NCBI GenBank assembly: GCA_037137395.1 | Contig: JBAXKK010000007.1 | Coordinates: 1-50,158 of the forward strand | Length of the DNA stretch: 50,158 nucleotides | Reading direction: 5' to 3' | DNA from: Elusimicrobiota bacterium | GTDB lineage: Bacteria > Elusimicrobiota > Elusimicrobia > Elusimicrobiales > UBA9959 | In this document: positions 9,120 to 22,379 of the stretch, piece after piece | Layout: the number at the start of each line of letters is the position of its first letter | Numbering within the stretch: the stretch's first letter is position 1 | The notes under the pieces: generated by a model | What the model saw: only the letters and a program-made list of their open reading frames with translations | Told to the model about the DNA's origin: nothing | The model's database searches: none | Program-made: the position numbers and the translations under genes

Positions 9120-10216
9120 TTTCCGGTCCTGAAAGCATAGACAAGTTTAACATAATTAGCGGCCGCGTACGCCGCGCCCAATTCCCGAAAAGCCAGCTTT
9201 CTGACCACAGCGGCCTCGGGGAAATCCCGGCCTTCGGCCGCCAGATCTGCCACATATAATATTTTATCAATCAGCCCTGGGATAGGTGAACCAAGGGTGT
9301 GATTTCGTATCGCGCTAAGGACTTCTCTGTCTTTCACGCCGAATCTCTTCTCCGCCATATCGGCGCCGGCATACGCGTGGAGCAGGATTGGAGCCTCGCT
9401 TAGCGTTTCTTTTAAAGCCGGCGCAGTTAGCCGGTTCCTGACAGCGTAAGCCGCCAGATATTGCGGGGTACGGTCCCGGGCTATGTCGTGCAACAGGCCA
9501 GCAAGGGCCGTTCGCTTTGTGTCGGCCCCATACTTAACGGCCAGGGCCAGCGCGAGCCTAGTAACAGCGATAGTATGAACAAAGCGCTGCGCCGTCATAA
9601 GTTTAGCGGCTCTGCTGCGCTGCCCGGTGAGATAAAGACCGCGCCGGGTTATATACTCAGAAACGCTTTTGCTCAGGCCAGACTGAACCTGCCCGTAAAA
9701 AAGCCTGACCTTAAGCTCGGCGGACGCTATAAGCGGAAAGCGGCCTTTGAGCTTTATATACGGCAGGCCGCGCGGATTTTTTAGCGTGAACCCGTCTCGC
9801 GCCCCCACCACCAGCCGGGCTGAATCGAGAATACGACGGTAATTTTTCCAGCGGTGAAAGGTTTCAAGACAATCGGAGCCCATCAGCAAATAAAGTTCCG
9901 CGCCGGGATGTGTCTTCCTGAAAAATTCCGCCGTCTGCCAGGTATAAGTAAGGCGGCCGCGCTTAAACTCGTACGGGTGAATTTTCACGCGCGTCCCCCG
10001 CCCAAGGCCCGCGGCTTTAAGCCCGGCGCGCAGCATCTCGGCGCGGTCCTTAAACGGGGCGCAAGGCGTTTCCTTGAACGGAGAGCGAAAACCCGGCACC
10101 ACATAAATAACGGAGGGGTTCAGCATTTTTAAGGCCGCCTTTATAAGCGCGAAATGACCTTTATGAGGAGGGTCGAAAGTGCCGCCGTATATTATTATTT
10201 TCCTGTTTTCTTTCAT
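9062..10216 (-). CDS. nadD: Fused nicotinate-nucleotide adenylyltransferase NadD / YqeK-type HD hydrolase
   Basis: YGGTFDPPHKGH, LLMGSD, W; then RFVHT, GLLHDIAR, LLHAYAGA, AIRNHT, LYVAD. Confidence 0.9.
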   Translation of the reverse strand: MKENRKIIIYGGTFDPPHKGHFALIKAALKMLNPSVIYVVPGFRSPFKETPCAPFKDRAEMLRAGLKAAGLGRGTRVKIHPYEFKRGRLTYTWQTAEFFRKTHPGAELYLLMGSDCLETFHRWKNYRRILDSARLVVGARDGFTLKNPRGLPYIKLKGRFPLIASAELKVRLFYGQVQSGLSKSVSEYITRRGLYLTGQRSRAAKLMTAQRFVHTIAVTRLALALAVKYGADTKRTALAGLLHDIARDRTPQYLAAYAVRNRLTAPALKETLSEAPILLHAYAGADMAEKRFGVKDREVLSAIRNHTLGSPIPGLIDKILYVADLAAEGRDFPEAAVVRKLAFRELGAAYAAANYVKLVYAFRTGKWIHPESVKVWNKLSEKNN

Positions 10217-10334
10217 TCTTCCGCCAGCCGGCGCGCACCGAGATTTAAGAGCGCCCTTCACCCTTCATGCGACCCCGCGTCAATTCAATGTAGTATAATA
10301 TACTTTGAATCGCATTCTCAATTCCATTGTAACC

Positions 10335-11105
10335 ATGAGCAATAAACGAGACAACTGTATAATTCTTCTGATAGAGGCCCCGGACCCGGAAAACATCAAT
10401 CCGGAGCTCGTTGCGGCTTTCGGGGTGGAGCGCGCCGCTCATATAAACCTCGATCTTCTTCAAACCGCTTATAAGCTGGCCAAAAGCTTCTCCGCCGCGA
10501 CACTTTTCCTTTCTTTCGCAAAGTCGCCACGACACCAGGATCTGACTTGGTTAGACGGCGACGACCCGGGCTTTCTTGAGGCAAAAGGAGGGGATTTGGG
10601 GGGCCGGCTCACCGATGCGTTTCGATTAGCCTTCTACACTGGCGCTAAGAAAGTCCTCCTTTTAAACCACCTTTCCCCGGGAGTAAAAACCGCGTATCTT
10701 TCTCAAACCTTCGATTCGGTAACCGAGAAGACCGTCGCGCTCGGGATGAATCAGGATGGCTCAATTTATATATTGGGCCTGACCCAGAACAACCTCAGGC
10801 TGTTGGACGGGTTAAACCTCTCTTCACCCAAAGCCGCCGATGAGGTGTCAATAAAAGCTAAAAAAAACAGCCTCTCTGTTTTCTCACTGCCGGAAGCTTT
10901 TGCCGTTACAAGCGAGGAGTTGCTGCGCAAATGGCTTGACGCTGGGGATTCAAACCCCTCTCTTTTCCTGAAAGTACCGACCCCACCCGTGGATTCCGCG
11001 GCTCTTCCGGCCGCTCCCAGGCAGGGAGAAAAAAAACACAGGCGCGGACATAAGACCGCTCTCCCTCCTCCGCTCCTGCCGGACACCGAACAAAAGCCGT
11101 TATAA
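10335..11105 (+). CDS. DUF2064 / glycosyltransferase-like protein
   Basis: GGDLGGRLTDAF, VLLL..LSP, VALG..QDGSIYILGL pattern. Confidence 0.7.
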   Translation: MSNKRDNCIILLIEAPDPENINPELVAAFGVERAAHINLDLLQTAYKLAKSFSAATLFLSFAKSPRHQDLTWLDGDDPGFLEAKGGDLGGRLTDAFRLAFYTGAKKVLLLNHLSPGVKTAYLSQTFDSVTEKTVALGMNQDGSIYILGLTQNNLRLLDGLNLSSPKAADEVSIKAKKNSLSVFSLPEAFAVTSEELLRKWLDAGDSNPSLFLKVPTPPVDSAALPAAPRQGEKKHRRGHKTALPPPLLPDTEQKPL

Positions 11106-11149
11106 AAACCAGGGTACAGGGTTTAGGGCAGAGGGGAGGCCTATACCAA

Positions 11150-12478
11150 ATGCAAGATCATAAAACTATTTGCGAAAGAATAATGCGTATAGGGGGACGC
11201 TGCCGGACGGAAGCAATTATAACCTCCGCTGATTCGGCTTTGACACGCTTCGCAAATAACGTTATTTCGCAGAATGTCGCAAACACCTCCACCGATATTT
11301 CGGTACGCTTGATGGACCGCGGCCGCATGACAAGGTTCTCCCTGAACCAATTTTCAGAAGCCGCTCTTAAGACGGCTTTCGCAGCCGCTCTCTGCTCTCT
11401 AAGGACCCAGAAAAAAGATACGCGCCTTCTGCCTTTTTCAACCCCGGTCCCGATATCGGCAAGTAAAAACCTTTTCTTCCCAGGCACGGCCGCCATGACT
11501 CCTGGCGAGCGGGCGGAGCGGGTTTCCTCATTGATAAAAAAATGCAAAAAAGCCGGCGCGACGGCCTATGGCACCTATGAGAATGGAGCCGTGGCCACCA
11601 CTGTCGCCAACAGCCTGGGGGTGAACACTTTTTACAAGGAAAGCTACGCGGTATACGGCGTTACCGTCCGCGACAAGGATGGTTTCGGCTGGGCGGAGGC
11701 ACTGGAGGCTGACGCAAGCAAAATAGATTTTGGGCGTGTTGACCGGATTGCTCTGGAGAAAGCCCGGCTTTCAAGAAACCCTATAACCATAAAACCCGGG
11801 CGTTACACGGTGATATTGGAACCGGCGGCGGCGGCGGACCTGATGTTTTATCTTGGCATCTATGGTTTCGGCGCGCAGTTCTGCCAGGAAGGACAAAGCT
11901 TCGTGGCCGACAAGCTCGGGAAAAAGATAATGAGTTCTGAAATAACCCTTGAGGATAACGCCCTTGACGGTCCGAGCGCGGGTATGCCTTTTGATTATGA
12001 AGGACAGCCCAGAAGAAAAGTAACGCTGATCGACAGAGGCGTCGCGCGGGCCATAGTGCACGACAGGAAAACCGCCGCACTGGCCGGGACGACAACCACC
12101 GGCCACGCACTGCCCATGCCCAATACTTCCGGCCCTATACCCATGAACCTTTCACTGGCCAAAGGATCAGTTTCCATGGATGAGATGATAAAAAGCACGA
12201 AAAAAGGCGTGCTCATCACAAATTTTCATTATACAAACCTTCTCAAACCTCTGCCTGTGGAGATAACCGGCATGACCAGAAACGGAACTTTTATGATAGA
12301 GAACGGCCGCGTGACCCACCCTGTAAAGAATATGCGCTTCACGGAAAGCGCCGTGGCCGCCTTCAAAAGGGTAGAGGCTGTGGGCGATAGACCGGAGGCC
12401 TGCCTGTCCTGGGGCCGGGTATCCTCTCCCGCTCTAAAAATCCGGGGTTTTAATTTTTCGTCCTCGACAGAATTCTGA
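11150..12478 (+). CDS. TldE/PmbA family protein
   Basis: TRFANN, PGRYTVILEP, PFDYEG, TGHA, TGMTRNGTFMIENG; no HExxxH; adjacent to tldD. Confidence 0.9.
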   Translation: MQDHKTICERIMRIGGRCRTEAIITSADSALTRFANNVISQNVANTSTDISVRLMDRGRMTRFSLNQFSEAALKTAFAAALCSLRTQKKDTRLLPFSTPVPISASKNLFFPGTAAMTPGERAERVSSLIKKCKKAGATAYGTYENGAVATTVANSLGVNTFYKESYAVYGVTVRDKDGFGWAEALEADASKIDFGRVDRIALEKARLSRNPITIKPGRYTVILEPAAAADLMFYLGIYGFGAQFCQEGQSFVADKLGKKIMSSEITLEDNALDGPSAGMPFDYEGQPRRKVTLIDRGVARAIVHDRKTAALAGTTTTGHALPMPNTSGPIPMNLSLAKGSVSMDEMIKSTKKGVLITNFHYTNLLKPLPVEITGMTRNGTFMIENGRVTHPVKNMRFTESAVAAFKRVEAVGDRPEACLSWGRVSSPALKIRGFNFSSSTEF

Positions 12479-12535
12479 AAGCACTGGACGATGGTCAGTG
12501 AAAAAATAATATTCTGCTATTAAACTCCGCGCCCT

Positions 12536-12569
12536 ATACTAACCACTCGCCACTATGCACTAATCACTA
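12536..12569. repeat. Degenerate 7-bp tandem repeat (AGTGNNN on minus strand)
   Basis: Reverse complement reads AGTGATT AGTGCAT AGTGGCG AGTGGTT AGTAT. Confidence 0.65.
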
Positions 12570-12582
12570 TTAAGGAGCCCTT

Positions 12583-14034
12583 ATGTTTGGTTTCGCTAAA
12601 AAAGCCATTGAGATAGCGGATAAGCACAAAGCTGATTTCGGCGACATCCGAATAATAGAAACCAGACGCCAGACCCTGAATGTTAAGAATGGTGAGCTTG
12701 GCGCCATTAATGACTCCGTTACACTGGGCTTCGGCGTTCGCGTCCTTTTTAACGGCGCGTGGGGCTTTGCGTCAAGCGACGGCATGACCTCCCGTGAGGT
12801 AGAGCGCGTGACGAAGCTCGCTCTGGATATCGCCAAAGCCAGCTCCACCCTGAAAGATAAAAAAGTGCGCCTGGCCCCCGAACCCGCCTATCAGGACTTC
12901 TGGCAAACCCCGTTCATCATAGATCCTTTCTCCATTGCCGCGGAAAAAAAGCTGGATCTGCTTTTCGCCGTGGATAAGATACTGAGAAAAGATACCAGGA
13001 TCCGCTCCGCGGTCTCAGGTATGAATTTCATCAGAGAACACCAGTGGCACATGACTACTGAAGGGTCAAGGATAGAGCAGGTGCTTCTTTCAAGCGGCGC
13101 CGGCTACCTCTCCCTCGCTGTGGACAAAGGCTCGGCCCAGGTCCGTTCTTACCCCTCCACTCACGGCGGCCAGACGCTGTCTATGGGGTATGAACTCATA
13201 AATAGCCTGAACCTCGCGGAAAACGCCGAGCGCGTCCGCTGTGAAGCTGTCGCTCTCTTGTCAGCCCCGTCCTGCCCAAGCGGGGAAAAAGACCTGATAA
13301 TCTCCGGCAACCAACTGGCCCTGCAGATTCACGAATCCGTTGGACACGCCTCAGAACTTGACCGCGTGCTGGGGTACGAAGAATCTTACGCCGGCTCAAG
13401 CTTCGCCACCATCGAGAAGCTCGGCAAATTCCGCTACGCATCACCAATAGTCAATCTGGTGGCCGACGCCACCCTGCCCGGAGGCCTGGCGACCGCCGGT
13501 TACGACGACGACGCGGTTAAAGCCCAGCGCTGGCATATCGTTAAGGATGGAATATTGAGCGGATATATGACCAACCGGGAATTCGCGGGTCGCATCGGCC
13601 AAAACCGCAGTCAGGGCTCCTGCCGGGCCGACGGATATAGCAATATACCTATAACCAGAATTTGCAATCTCAGTCTTATGCCTGGAACAATTTCTTATTC
13701 GGATTTAATAAAGGACACAAAAGACGGGATAATTATGGAGAATAATAAATCCTGGAGCATCGATCAGAAGAGACTGAATTTTCAGTTCGGCTGCGAGATA
13801 GGCTGGCTGGTGAAGAACGGCAAAAAAACCACGATGGTAAAAAACCCCACTTACCAAGGTATCACCCCTGAATTCTGGAATTCATGCGACGCCATCGCGG
13901 ATGAGAATTCATGGCGTCTATGGGGAGTGGCCAACTGCGGAAAGGGTCAACCGCCTCAGACGGCCATGATGTGCCACGGCAACAGCCCCTCACGCTTCAG
14001 GAAGGTTAAAATCGGAGTAAAGGCCTCTGATTGA
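12583..14034 (+). CDS. tldD: TldD metalloprotease
   Basis: GFGVRVL..GAWGFAS, HESVGH (HExxxH), GYDDD, FQFGCE, CGKGQP. Confidence 0.92.
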   Translation: MFGFAKKAIEIADKHKADFGDIRIIETRRQTLNVKNGELGAINDSVTLGFGVRVLFNGAWGFASSDGMTSREVERVTKLALDIAKASSTLKDKKVRLAPEPAYQDFWQTPFIIDPFSIAAEKKLDLLFAVDKILRKDTRIRSAVSGMNFIREHQWHMTTEGSRIEQVLLSSGAGYLSLAVDKGSAQVRSYPSTHGGQTLSMGYELINSLNLAENAERVRCEAVALLSAPSCPSGEKDLIISGNQLALQIHESVGHASELDRVLGYEESYAGSSFATIEKLGKFRYASPIVNLVADATLPGGLATAGYDDDAVKAQRWHIVKDGILSGYMTNREFAGRIGQNRSQGSCRADGYSNIPITRICNLSLMPGTISYSDLIKDTKDGIIMENNKSWSIDQKRLNFQFGCEIGWLVKNGKKTTMVKNPTYQGITPEFWNSCDAIADENSWRLWGVANCGKGQPPQTAMMCHGNSPSRFRKVKIGVKASD

Positions 14035-14039
14035 AGACT

Positions 14040-14315
14040 TGGACAGGCTAAAGGCCCCCGGTCCCTTATAATTAAATTAATAATTATTCTTCTCATTTTC
14101 TACTACTTGGGTGTTGACTTTTTGCCCTAAAAAAAATACCATTATTAAGAGTTATATTCTGGCTGTCAGTATTTTACATTTATTTAACATCTTCCCATGG
14201 CAGCTTGTTTATTAAAAATTTAAAAAATAGTTATTAACAAAAAAAACACTTATTTTTTAAACACTTTTTGAGTTTTGACATAATTTACTAACAGGTGTGG
14301 ATAGGTTGTGGATAA
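14040..14315. promoter_or_regulatory. Putative oriC region upstream of dnaA (AT-rich, DnaA boxes)
   Basis: Very AT-rich; TGTGGATAG 14296-14304, perfect TGTGGATAA 14307-14315, variants TTATTAACA 14231-14239 and TTACTAACA 14285-14293. Confidence 0.7.
14114..14142 (+). promoter_or_regulatory. Sigma70-like promoter upstream of dnaA
   Basis: TTGACT-N17-TACCAT. Confidence 0.55.
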
Positions 14316-15690
14316 CTCTACAGAAATCAAAGAAGTCTGGCATAATATCTTAAAAAAACTTGAAGGCGACATAGGCCTTGAGGCGGTGGACCTTTGGCTT
14401 AGACCCATAAAACCACTGGTCATGGACGGAGATATAATTAAATTAGAAGTCCCGGATCCCGTCATATATAAAACTGTTAAAGAGCGCTATGAGGAAAAGA
14501 TAATAAAAGCGGCGCTATTCTCTACCGGTAAAAACTTCTCTATAAACTATTCCCTCTCCCTAGCGTCAAGTGAGCCCAAGCCCGCGCCAAAAATTGAGAT
14601 TGTTCGGGAAGAGACCCACAACCGCACCCCCGGCGCGGGACAGCCTCCGACTTTAGCATTTAATCCTAACTATACTTTTGAGACTTTTATAGAGGGCGCC
14701 TCCAACAGATTCGCCTATGCTTCCGCCGTGGGCGTATCGCGGAGCCCTGGCAAATCCAACCCTTTCTTTATATATAGCGCGCCCGGACTGGGAAAAACAC
14801 ATTTACTGCACGGCATCGCCAACGAGATGCTTAAAACCAATCCGTCTGCCCGTATTATATATACTGCCAGCGAAAATTTTGTGAATGAGTATATAGAAAC
14901 ACTGCAGAATAAAACCCCTGAAGCTTTCCGCAAGAAGTATCGCCGCCTGGATTGCCTTCTTTTGGACGATATACAGTTCCTTATAGGCAAGGACCGCAGT
15001 GAAGAAGAATTTTTTAATACTTTTAATTCCCTTTTTGAATCGAAAAAACAGATTGTGGTAACCTCGGACCGGCCTCCTAAAGAACTGGCTCTCAGCCAGC
15101 GCCTGGTATCACGCTTCCTTTCCGGCCTGGCGGTTGATATAAAAATTCCTGATGTGGAAACCCGCATTGCCATCCTGCGGCAGAAAAAAGAGCTTCACAA
15201 CTTCGTTATTCCGGACGAAGTTATTACTTTTATCGCGGAAAAAGTAAAAAAGAACATCAGAGAGCTTGAAGGCTGCCTTATAACCGTGGGGAATTACTGT
15301 GCAAACATGAGCACTCAGCCAACAATAGATATAGTAAAGGAAATTATAAAAGATCACATGGCCCCTGGTGATCAGGAAGAAAACAACATTCACATAGATA
15401 CCATCAAAACAGTGGTGGCCGACAAATACGGCATGGATAGAAAGGATTTTAAGTCCCCTCGCAAAACCGAGGCCATCGCTTTCCCGCGCCAGATAGCCAT
15501 GTTCCTTGCCTGCGACCTTACTGAAATGTCTTTGCCCGAAATCGGCGCCGCTTTCAACAGGGATCACACCACGGTTATGTTCGCGCGGGATAAAATAAAG
15601 CAGCTTGTGCACACGGACCCGTATTTTAACGAGGTTATAAATCAGTTGATATCTAAGATAAAAGCTGTTAATAACTCTGTAAAGCCCTGA
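14308..15690 (+). CDS. dnaA: Chromosomal replication initiator DnaA
   Basis: NPNYTFETF, NPFFIYSAPGLGKTHLL, LLLDDIQF, TSDRPP, NIRELEG, RQIAM, RDHTTV. Confidence 0.98.
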   Translation: MDNSTEIKEVWHNILKKLEGDIGLEAVDLWLRPIKPLVMDGDIIKLEVPDPVIYKTVKERYEEKIIKAALFSTGKNFSINYSLSLASSEPKPAPKIEIVREETHNRTPGAGQPPTLAFNPNYTFETFIEGASNRFAYASAVGVSRSPGKSNPFFIYSAPGLGKTHLLHGIANEMLKTNPSARIIYTASENFVNEYIETLQNKTPEAFRKKYRRLDCLLLDDIQFLIGKDRSEEEFFNTFNSLFESKKQIVVTSDRPPKELALSQRLVSRFLSGLAVDIKIPDVETRIAILRQKKELHNFVIPDEVITFIAEKVKKNIRELEGCLITVGNYCANMSTQPTIDIVKEIIKDHMAPGDQEENNIHIDTIKTVVADKYGMDRKDFKSPRKTEAIAFPRQIAMFLACDLTEMSLPEIGAAFNRDHTTVMFARDKIKQLVHTDPYFNEVINQLISKIKAVNNSVKP

Positions 15691-15782
15691 AAAAGATGTT
15701 TTTTTCTGGGGATGCTCGGTTATTTTTAAGTGTCTGTTGATAATTTTTCCAAATGCTACTAACAGTACTAACATTATGCACA
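15666..15782. promoter_or_regulatory. DnaA-box-like cluster in dnaA-dnaN spacer
   Basis: TGTTAATAA 15666, TGTTGATAA 15735, abutting 9-mers CTACTAACA-GTACTAACA-TTATGCACA 15756-15782. Confidence 0.55.
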
Positions 15783-15807
15783 GCCTCTCTTATAGATGGA
15801 GAATACG

Positions 15808-16923
15808 ATGAAAATAACTGGTAATAGGGACAATTTAATAAAGGGCATTCAAACCATCCAGGCCGGAACGTCTTCAAAAACCGGAACAATTCCCATCCTA
15901 CAGAATTTTTTGATGGAAACAGAGGATTCTGGATTAAAAGTTGTTTTTACTGATCTAGAAATGGCAGTTAAGCACCACATAAACGTCGATATTAAAACTG
16001 CCGGCAGCATTACTGTTCCCGTAAAGAAGTTTATGGAGGTTATACAGAATCTGGCGGAGGGAGCGGAAGTTAATATATCTGCGGACGAATCGAACAGAAT
16101 ATTAATAAACAGCGGAAAATCTAAATTTAAAATAAGCGGGGCGCCAAAAACAGATTATCCCGTAATTCCCGATCTGGACGAAACAAACTCTTTCAGGGTT
16201 CCCGCCGGTACGCTGGCGGCGATGATAAGCGGGACTATTTTTTCCGCCTCCACGGAAGACGACAGACATTTTTTAAACGGACTGTTATGGAAATATGAAA
16301 AAGACCTTTTTTCGGTAGTAGCTACGGATGGACGCCGTCTGGCACTAGCTTCCACCGATAAGGTTAAAAGCAAAAAGGATTTCAAAGTAATAGTTCCTTC
16401 AAAAATATTAAATGAGTTGGTTAAATTTATAAAGGCGGCGGAACTAGAGGATAAAGAAGAAATTATTGTAGGCCTTTCCTCCAATCAAATAGGATTTAAA
16501 ATTGAGAAAACCGTTTTTATATCCCGGCTGATAGAAGGTAATTTTCCCGCGTATGATCAAATTATCCCTAAAACCAAGGAAATATCCATAGAGACGGATA
16601 TTCCTAAATTTGTAGCCGTTACCAAAAGGGCCGCCGTTTGTTCAACAGAACGCGGAGGAGCTGTTAAATATACTTTTAAAAAAGGGATTATTGTTGTGAA
16701 TTCAGCCTCCCAGAACATGGATTTTGAAGATGAAATGGAAGTGGCTTATACTGGAAAGGAATTTCAGGTCAGCTTTAATCCTAAATTTATTCTGGATATA
16801 CTTAAGACCGCCGGCGAAGGCAAAGCTATACTTGATTTTAATACGCCGGCTACCCCGGTAATGGTAAGAATACCGGACAATAATAAATTCACTTATATTG
16901 TAATGCCACTCAGAATCCAATAA
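15808..16923 (+). CDS. dnaN: DNA polymerase III beta clamp
   Basis: TDLEM, ATDGRRLA, SRLIEGNFPAY, FNPKFILD, MPLR; GGAG RBS favours 15808 (alternative start 15796). Confidence 0.97.
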   Translation: MKITGNRDNLIKGIQTIQAGTSSKTGTIPILQNFLMETEDSGLKVVFTDLEMAVKHHINVDIKTAGSITVPVKKFMEVIQNLAEGAEVNISADESNRILINSGKSKFKISGAPKTDYPVIPDLDETNSFRVPAGTLAAMISGTIFSASTEDDRHFLNGLLWKYEKDLFSVVATDGRRLALASTDKVKSKKDFKVIVPSKILNELVKFIKAAELEDKEEIIVGLSSNQIGFKIEKTVFISRLIEGNFPAYDQIIPKTKEISIETDIPKFVAVTKRAAVCSTERGGAVKYTFKKGIIVVNSASQNMDFEDEMEVAYTGKEFQVSFNPKFILDILKTAGEGKAILDFNTPATPVMVRIPDNNKFTYIVMPLRIQ

Positions 16924-16928
16924 AAACT

Positions 16929-17234
16929 ATGTTTTTAACCAAAAAAACCTCCAATTGGACCAATATAGGGTATGTTAAAAATTCATGGAAGTCCTTGGGA
17001 GGAATAGTGCCGGAAAGGCTTGTTATATTGGACGCCGTATGGGCAAAAGAGATAGGACGGCTTGGTGACCACTGTGAATTGATTGGCGTTAATAAAGGAT
17101 ATATAGTTGTTAAAACAAATTCCTCAGTGGCTTATAATGAACTTGTTATGAGGTCTAAGCAAATACTGCGCAGCCTTAATAAATATTTTTCAAAGCCCTG
17201 GCTGAAAGGAATAAAAACGGCGGCGGATATTTAA
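16929..17234 (+). CDS. DUF721 / DciA-like protein
   Basis: W..EIG..G..IVVKTNSSVAYNEL..I...LN pattern; usual position between dnaN and gyrB. Confidence 0.75.
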   Translation: MFLTKKTSNWTNIGYVKNSWKSLGGIVPERLVILDAVWAKEIGRLGDHCELIGVNKGYIVVKTNSSVAYNELVMRSKQILRSLNKYFSKPWLKGIKTAADI

Positions 17235-17250
17235 TTTTTACACCTTTTGA

Positions 17251-19728
<2,478 letters not shown>

Positions 19729-19795
19729 TTAATTAAACCCCGGACTAAGAGGGAAGGCGTGAAAAGCGGATCAAATTTAACACTACGGAGCATTT

Positions 19796-22294
19796 ATGAC
19801 AGAACCTAAGGAACCAAAAGATCAGCCGGTTGAAAACATTTTCACCAACGTTGTAGAGAGGGACATAAGCGAGGAAATGAAGTCCTCCTACATAGAATAC
19901 TCCATGAGCGTTATCGTGGGAAGGGCACTTCCGGATGTGCGCGACGGCCTGAAACCCGTGCACAGGCGCGTTCTTTATACGATGGATGACATGGGCCTGC
20001 AGCACAACAAACCCTATAAAAAATCAGCCCGCGTTGTCGGCGATGTTATGGGTAAATATCATCCGCACGGCGATGCGGCCATCTACGACACAATGGTTCG
20101 TATGGCCCAGCCGTTCTCGCTCCGGTATACTCTGGTGGACGGACAGGGCAATTTTGGTTCTGTGGACGGCGACCCCGCCGCGGCCATGAGGTACACCGAG
20201 GCCAGGCTGTCGGCAATTGCCGGCGAACTTCTGGCCGACATCGAAAAAGATACGGTAAAATTTGTTCCTAACTACGACGGTTCAATGAAAGAGCCGTCTG
20301 TTCTGCCAGCCAAGCTCCCCAACCTGCTGGTGAACGGATCCTCAGGTATTGCTGTGGGAATGGCTACCAATATACCCACCCACAACCTGGGAGAGGTGTG
20401 CGACGCCACCATAGCCGTTATAAATAACCCGGACCTCGACACCAAAGAGCTGATGAAAATTATTAAAGGACCTGATTTCCCCACCGCCGGCATCATCCGC
20501 GGGCGACAGGGCATCAAGGATTATTTTGAAACTGGCCGGGGCTCCGTCAAGATCCAGGCCAGGGCCGAGATTGAGGAAATGAAGGGGAATCGCGAAGCTA
20601 TCGTTATAACCGAACTTCCTTATCAGGTCAATAAAGCCAACCTCGTAGAGAATATAGCCATGCTGGTGAAAGAGAAGAAGATTCCGGATATTTCCGATCT
20701 ACGCGACGAATCGGATCGCCGTGGTATGCGCGTGGTCATAGAAATTAAGCGCGACGGAAACGCACAGGTCGTCCTTAATCAGCTTTATAAACATACGCAG
20801 ATGGCAACCTCCTTCGGCGTCATCATGCTGGCAATTGTTGATGGGCGGCCCAGGGTCCTGCCCATCAAAGAAGTGATGCTTCATTACGTCCGCCATCGCC
20901 GCATCATGATTTACAACCGCACCAAGTATGACCTCAACAAGGCGCTGGCGCGCGCGCATATTCTTGAAGGGTATCTTATAGCCCTTCAGAATATAGACGC
21001 CGTCGTGGAAATCATAAAGAAATCCAAAGACTCTTCTGAAGCTAAACTGAAATTGATCAAGCAATTCTCGCTAAGCGACATCCAGGCCCAAGCTATACTG
21101 GATATGCGCCTACACCAACTCACGCGCCTTGAAGTCGGCGCCATAGAAGAAGAGCATAAAGGGCTTATGAAGCTTATCGGGGAGTTGCGCGCCATCCTTT
21201 CCGATCCCAAGAAAATACTAAAGATCATTATACAGGAACTTGAGGATCTTAAAGCAAAATACGGCGACAAGCGTCGGACCGAAATTACAAGCGAAGCCGC
21301 GGAATTGGATATAGAAGATCTGATTCCCGAGGAAAAAGTGGTTATAACCATGTCGCACGGCGGCTATATCAAAAGAATCCCGTCCGACACCTATAAAGTA
21401 CAGGGCCGCGGCGGGAAAGGAATCATCGGCTCCGACGTCAAGGAAGAGGATTTTATCGAAAAGCTCTTCGTTACCTCCAGCCATGCCACGATCCTGCTGT
21501 TCACCACCCGCGGCAAGGTTTATGCTTTAAAGGGATACGAGATCCCCGAAGGCAACCGCACCTCACGCGGCAAAGCCATCGTAAACCTGCTGCAGGTTAA
21601 AGATGAGACGGTAACCTCAGTTATCGCTATAGAGTCTTTTGAAGAGGCTAAAGGCAAGGAGTCCTACCTTGTTATGTGCACCCGTAAGGGAAACATAAAG
21701 AAGACACCCATCAAAGACTTCTCTAATATCCGGCGCTCTGGCATCAACGCTATAACGCTTGAGGACGGCGATATACTGACCAATGTGGGACACACTGACG
21801 GGAAGTATGAACTTATGATAGGTACCAAATGCGGCATGTCTATAAGATTCAACGAATCCGACGTGCGGTCCATGGGAAGGAACGCGATGGGCGTGCATGG
21901 TATCCGTCTTGATAAGGATGACCAGGTTATTGCAATGGAAGTGGCCGAACCGAAGAGCAAGAAGACGCTTCTTACCGTTTGTGAGAACGGTTACGGCAAG
22001 CGAACAAATCTTGATGAATACAGAAACCAGCACCGCGGCGGCTCGGGAGTTATCACCATAAAAGCTACGGATCGCAACGGGTCCGTGGTGGCCATACACC
22101 TGGTGGAAAATAAGGATCACTTGATGGTCATGACTGAAAAGGGCAAGATTATCCGAATGCCCTGCAAGGATATACGCGCGATATCGCGCAATACCCAGGG
22201 CGTCAGGCTCGTGCGGCTCGAGGAAGGCGACAAAATAGCCTCCGTCGAACCCATAATTGACGATGGGGAAGCCCCCGTAGAAGATAAAAAATAG
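19796..22294 (+). CDS. gyrA: DNA gyrase subunit A
   Basis: [25 protein letters not shown], GyrA-box QGRGGKG, beta-pinwheel repeats. Confidence 0.98.
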   Translation: MTEPKEPKDQPVENIFTNVVERDISEEMKSSYIEYSMSVIVGRALPDVRDGLKPVHRRVLYTMDDMGLQHNKPYKKSARVVGDVMGKYHPHGDAAIYDTMVRMAQPFSLRYTLVDGQGNFGSVDGDPAAAMRYTEARLSAIAGELLADIEKDTVKFVPNYDGSMKEPSVLPAKLPNLLVNGSSGIAVGMATNIPTHNLGEVCDATIAVINNPDLDTKELMKIIKGPDFPTAGIIRGRQGIKDYFETGRGSVKIQARAEIEEMKGNREAIVITELPYQVNKANLVENIAMLVKEKKIPDISDLRDESDRRGMRVVIEIKRDGNAQVVLNQLYKHTQMATSFGVIMLAIVDGRPRVLPIKEVMLHYVRHRRIMIYNRTKYDLNKALARAHILEGYLIALQNIDAVVEIIKKSKDSSEAKLKLIKQFSLSDIQAQAILDMRLHQLTRLEVGAIEEEHKGLMKLIGELRAILSDPKKILKIIIQELEDLKAKYGDKRRTEITSEAAELDIEDLIPEEKVVITMSHGGYIKRIPSDTYKVQGRGGKGIIGSDVKEEDFIEKLFVTSSHATILLFTTRGKVYALKGYEIPEGNRTSRGKAIVNLLQVKDETVTSVIAIESFEEAKGKESYLVMCTRKGNIKKTPIKDFSNIRRSGINAITLEDGDILTNVGHTDGKYELMIGTKCGMSIRFNESDVRSMGRNAMGVHGIRLDKDDQVIAMEVAEPKSKKTLLTVCENGYGKRTNLDEYRNQHRGGSGVITIKATDRNGSVVAIHLVENKDHLMVMTEKGKIIRMPCKDIRAISRNTQGVRLVRLEEGDKIASVEPIIDDGEAPVEDKK

Positions 22295-22379
22295 GCGGTA
22301 CAAAAGCGGAGAGGCTGGCAGATGCGGCGTGTGGAGTAAATTCTCCGCACTCTAAACTCCGGGCTCTCCGCTGTTATTT

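Noticed and set aside
11150..14034. TldD/TldE as the leader peptidase of the rSAM system
   Set aside because: It lies more than 11 kb away, separated by the replication genes. TldDE is widespread, and nothing in the sequence links them.
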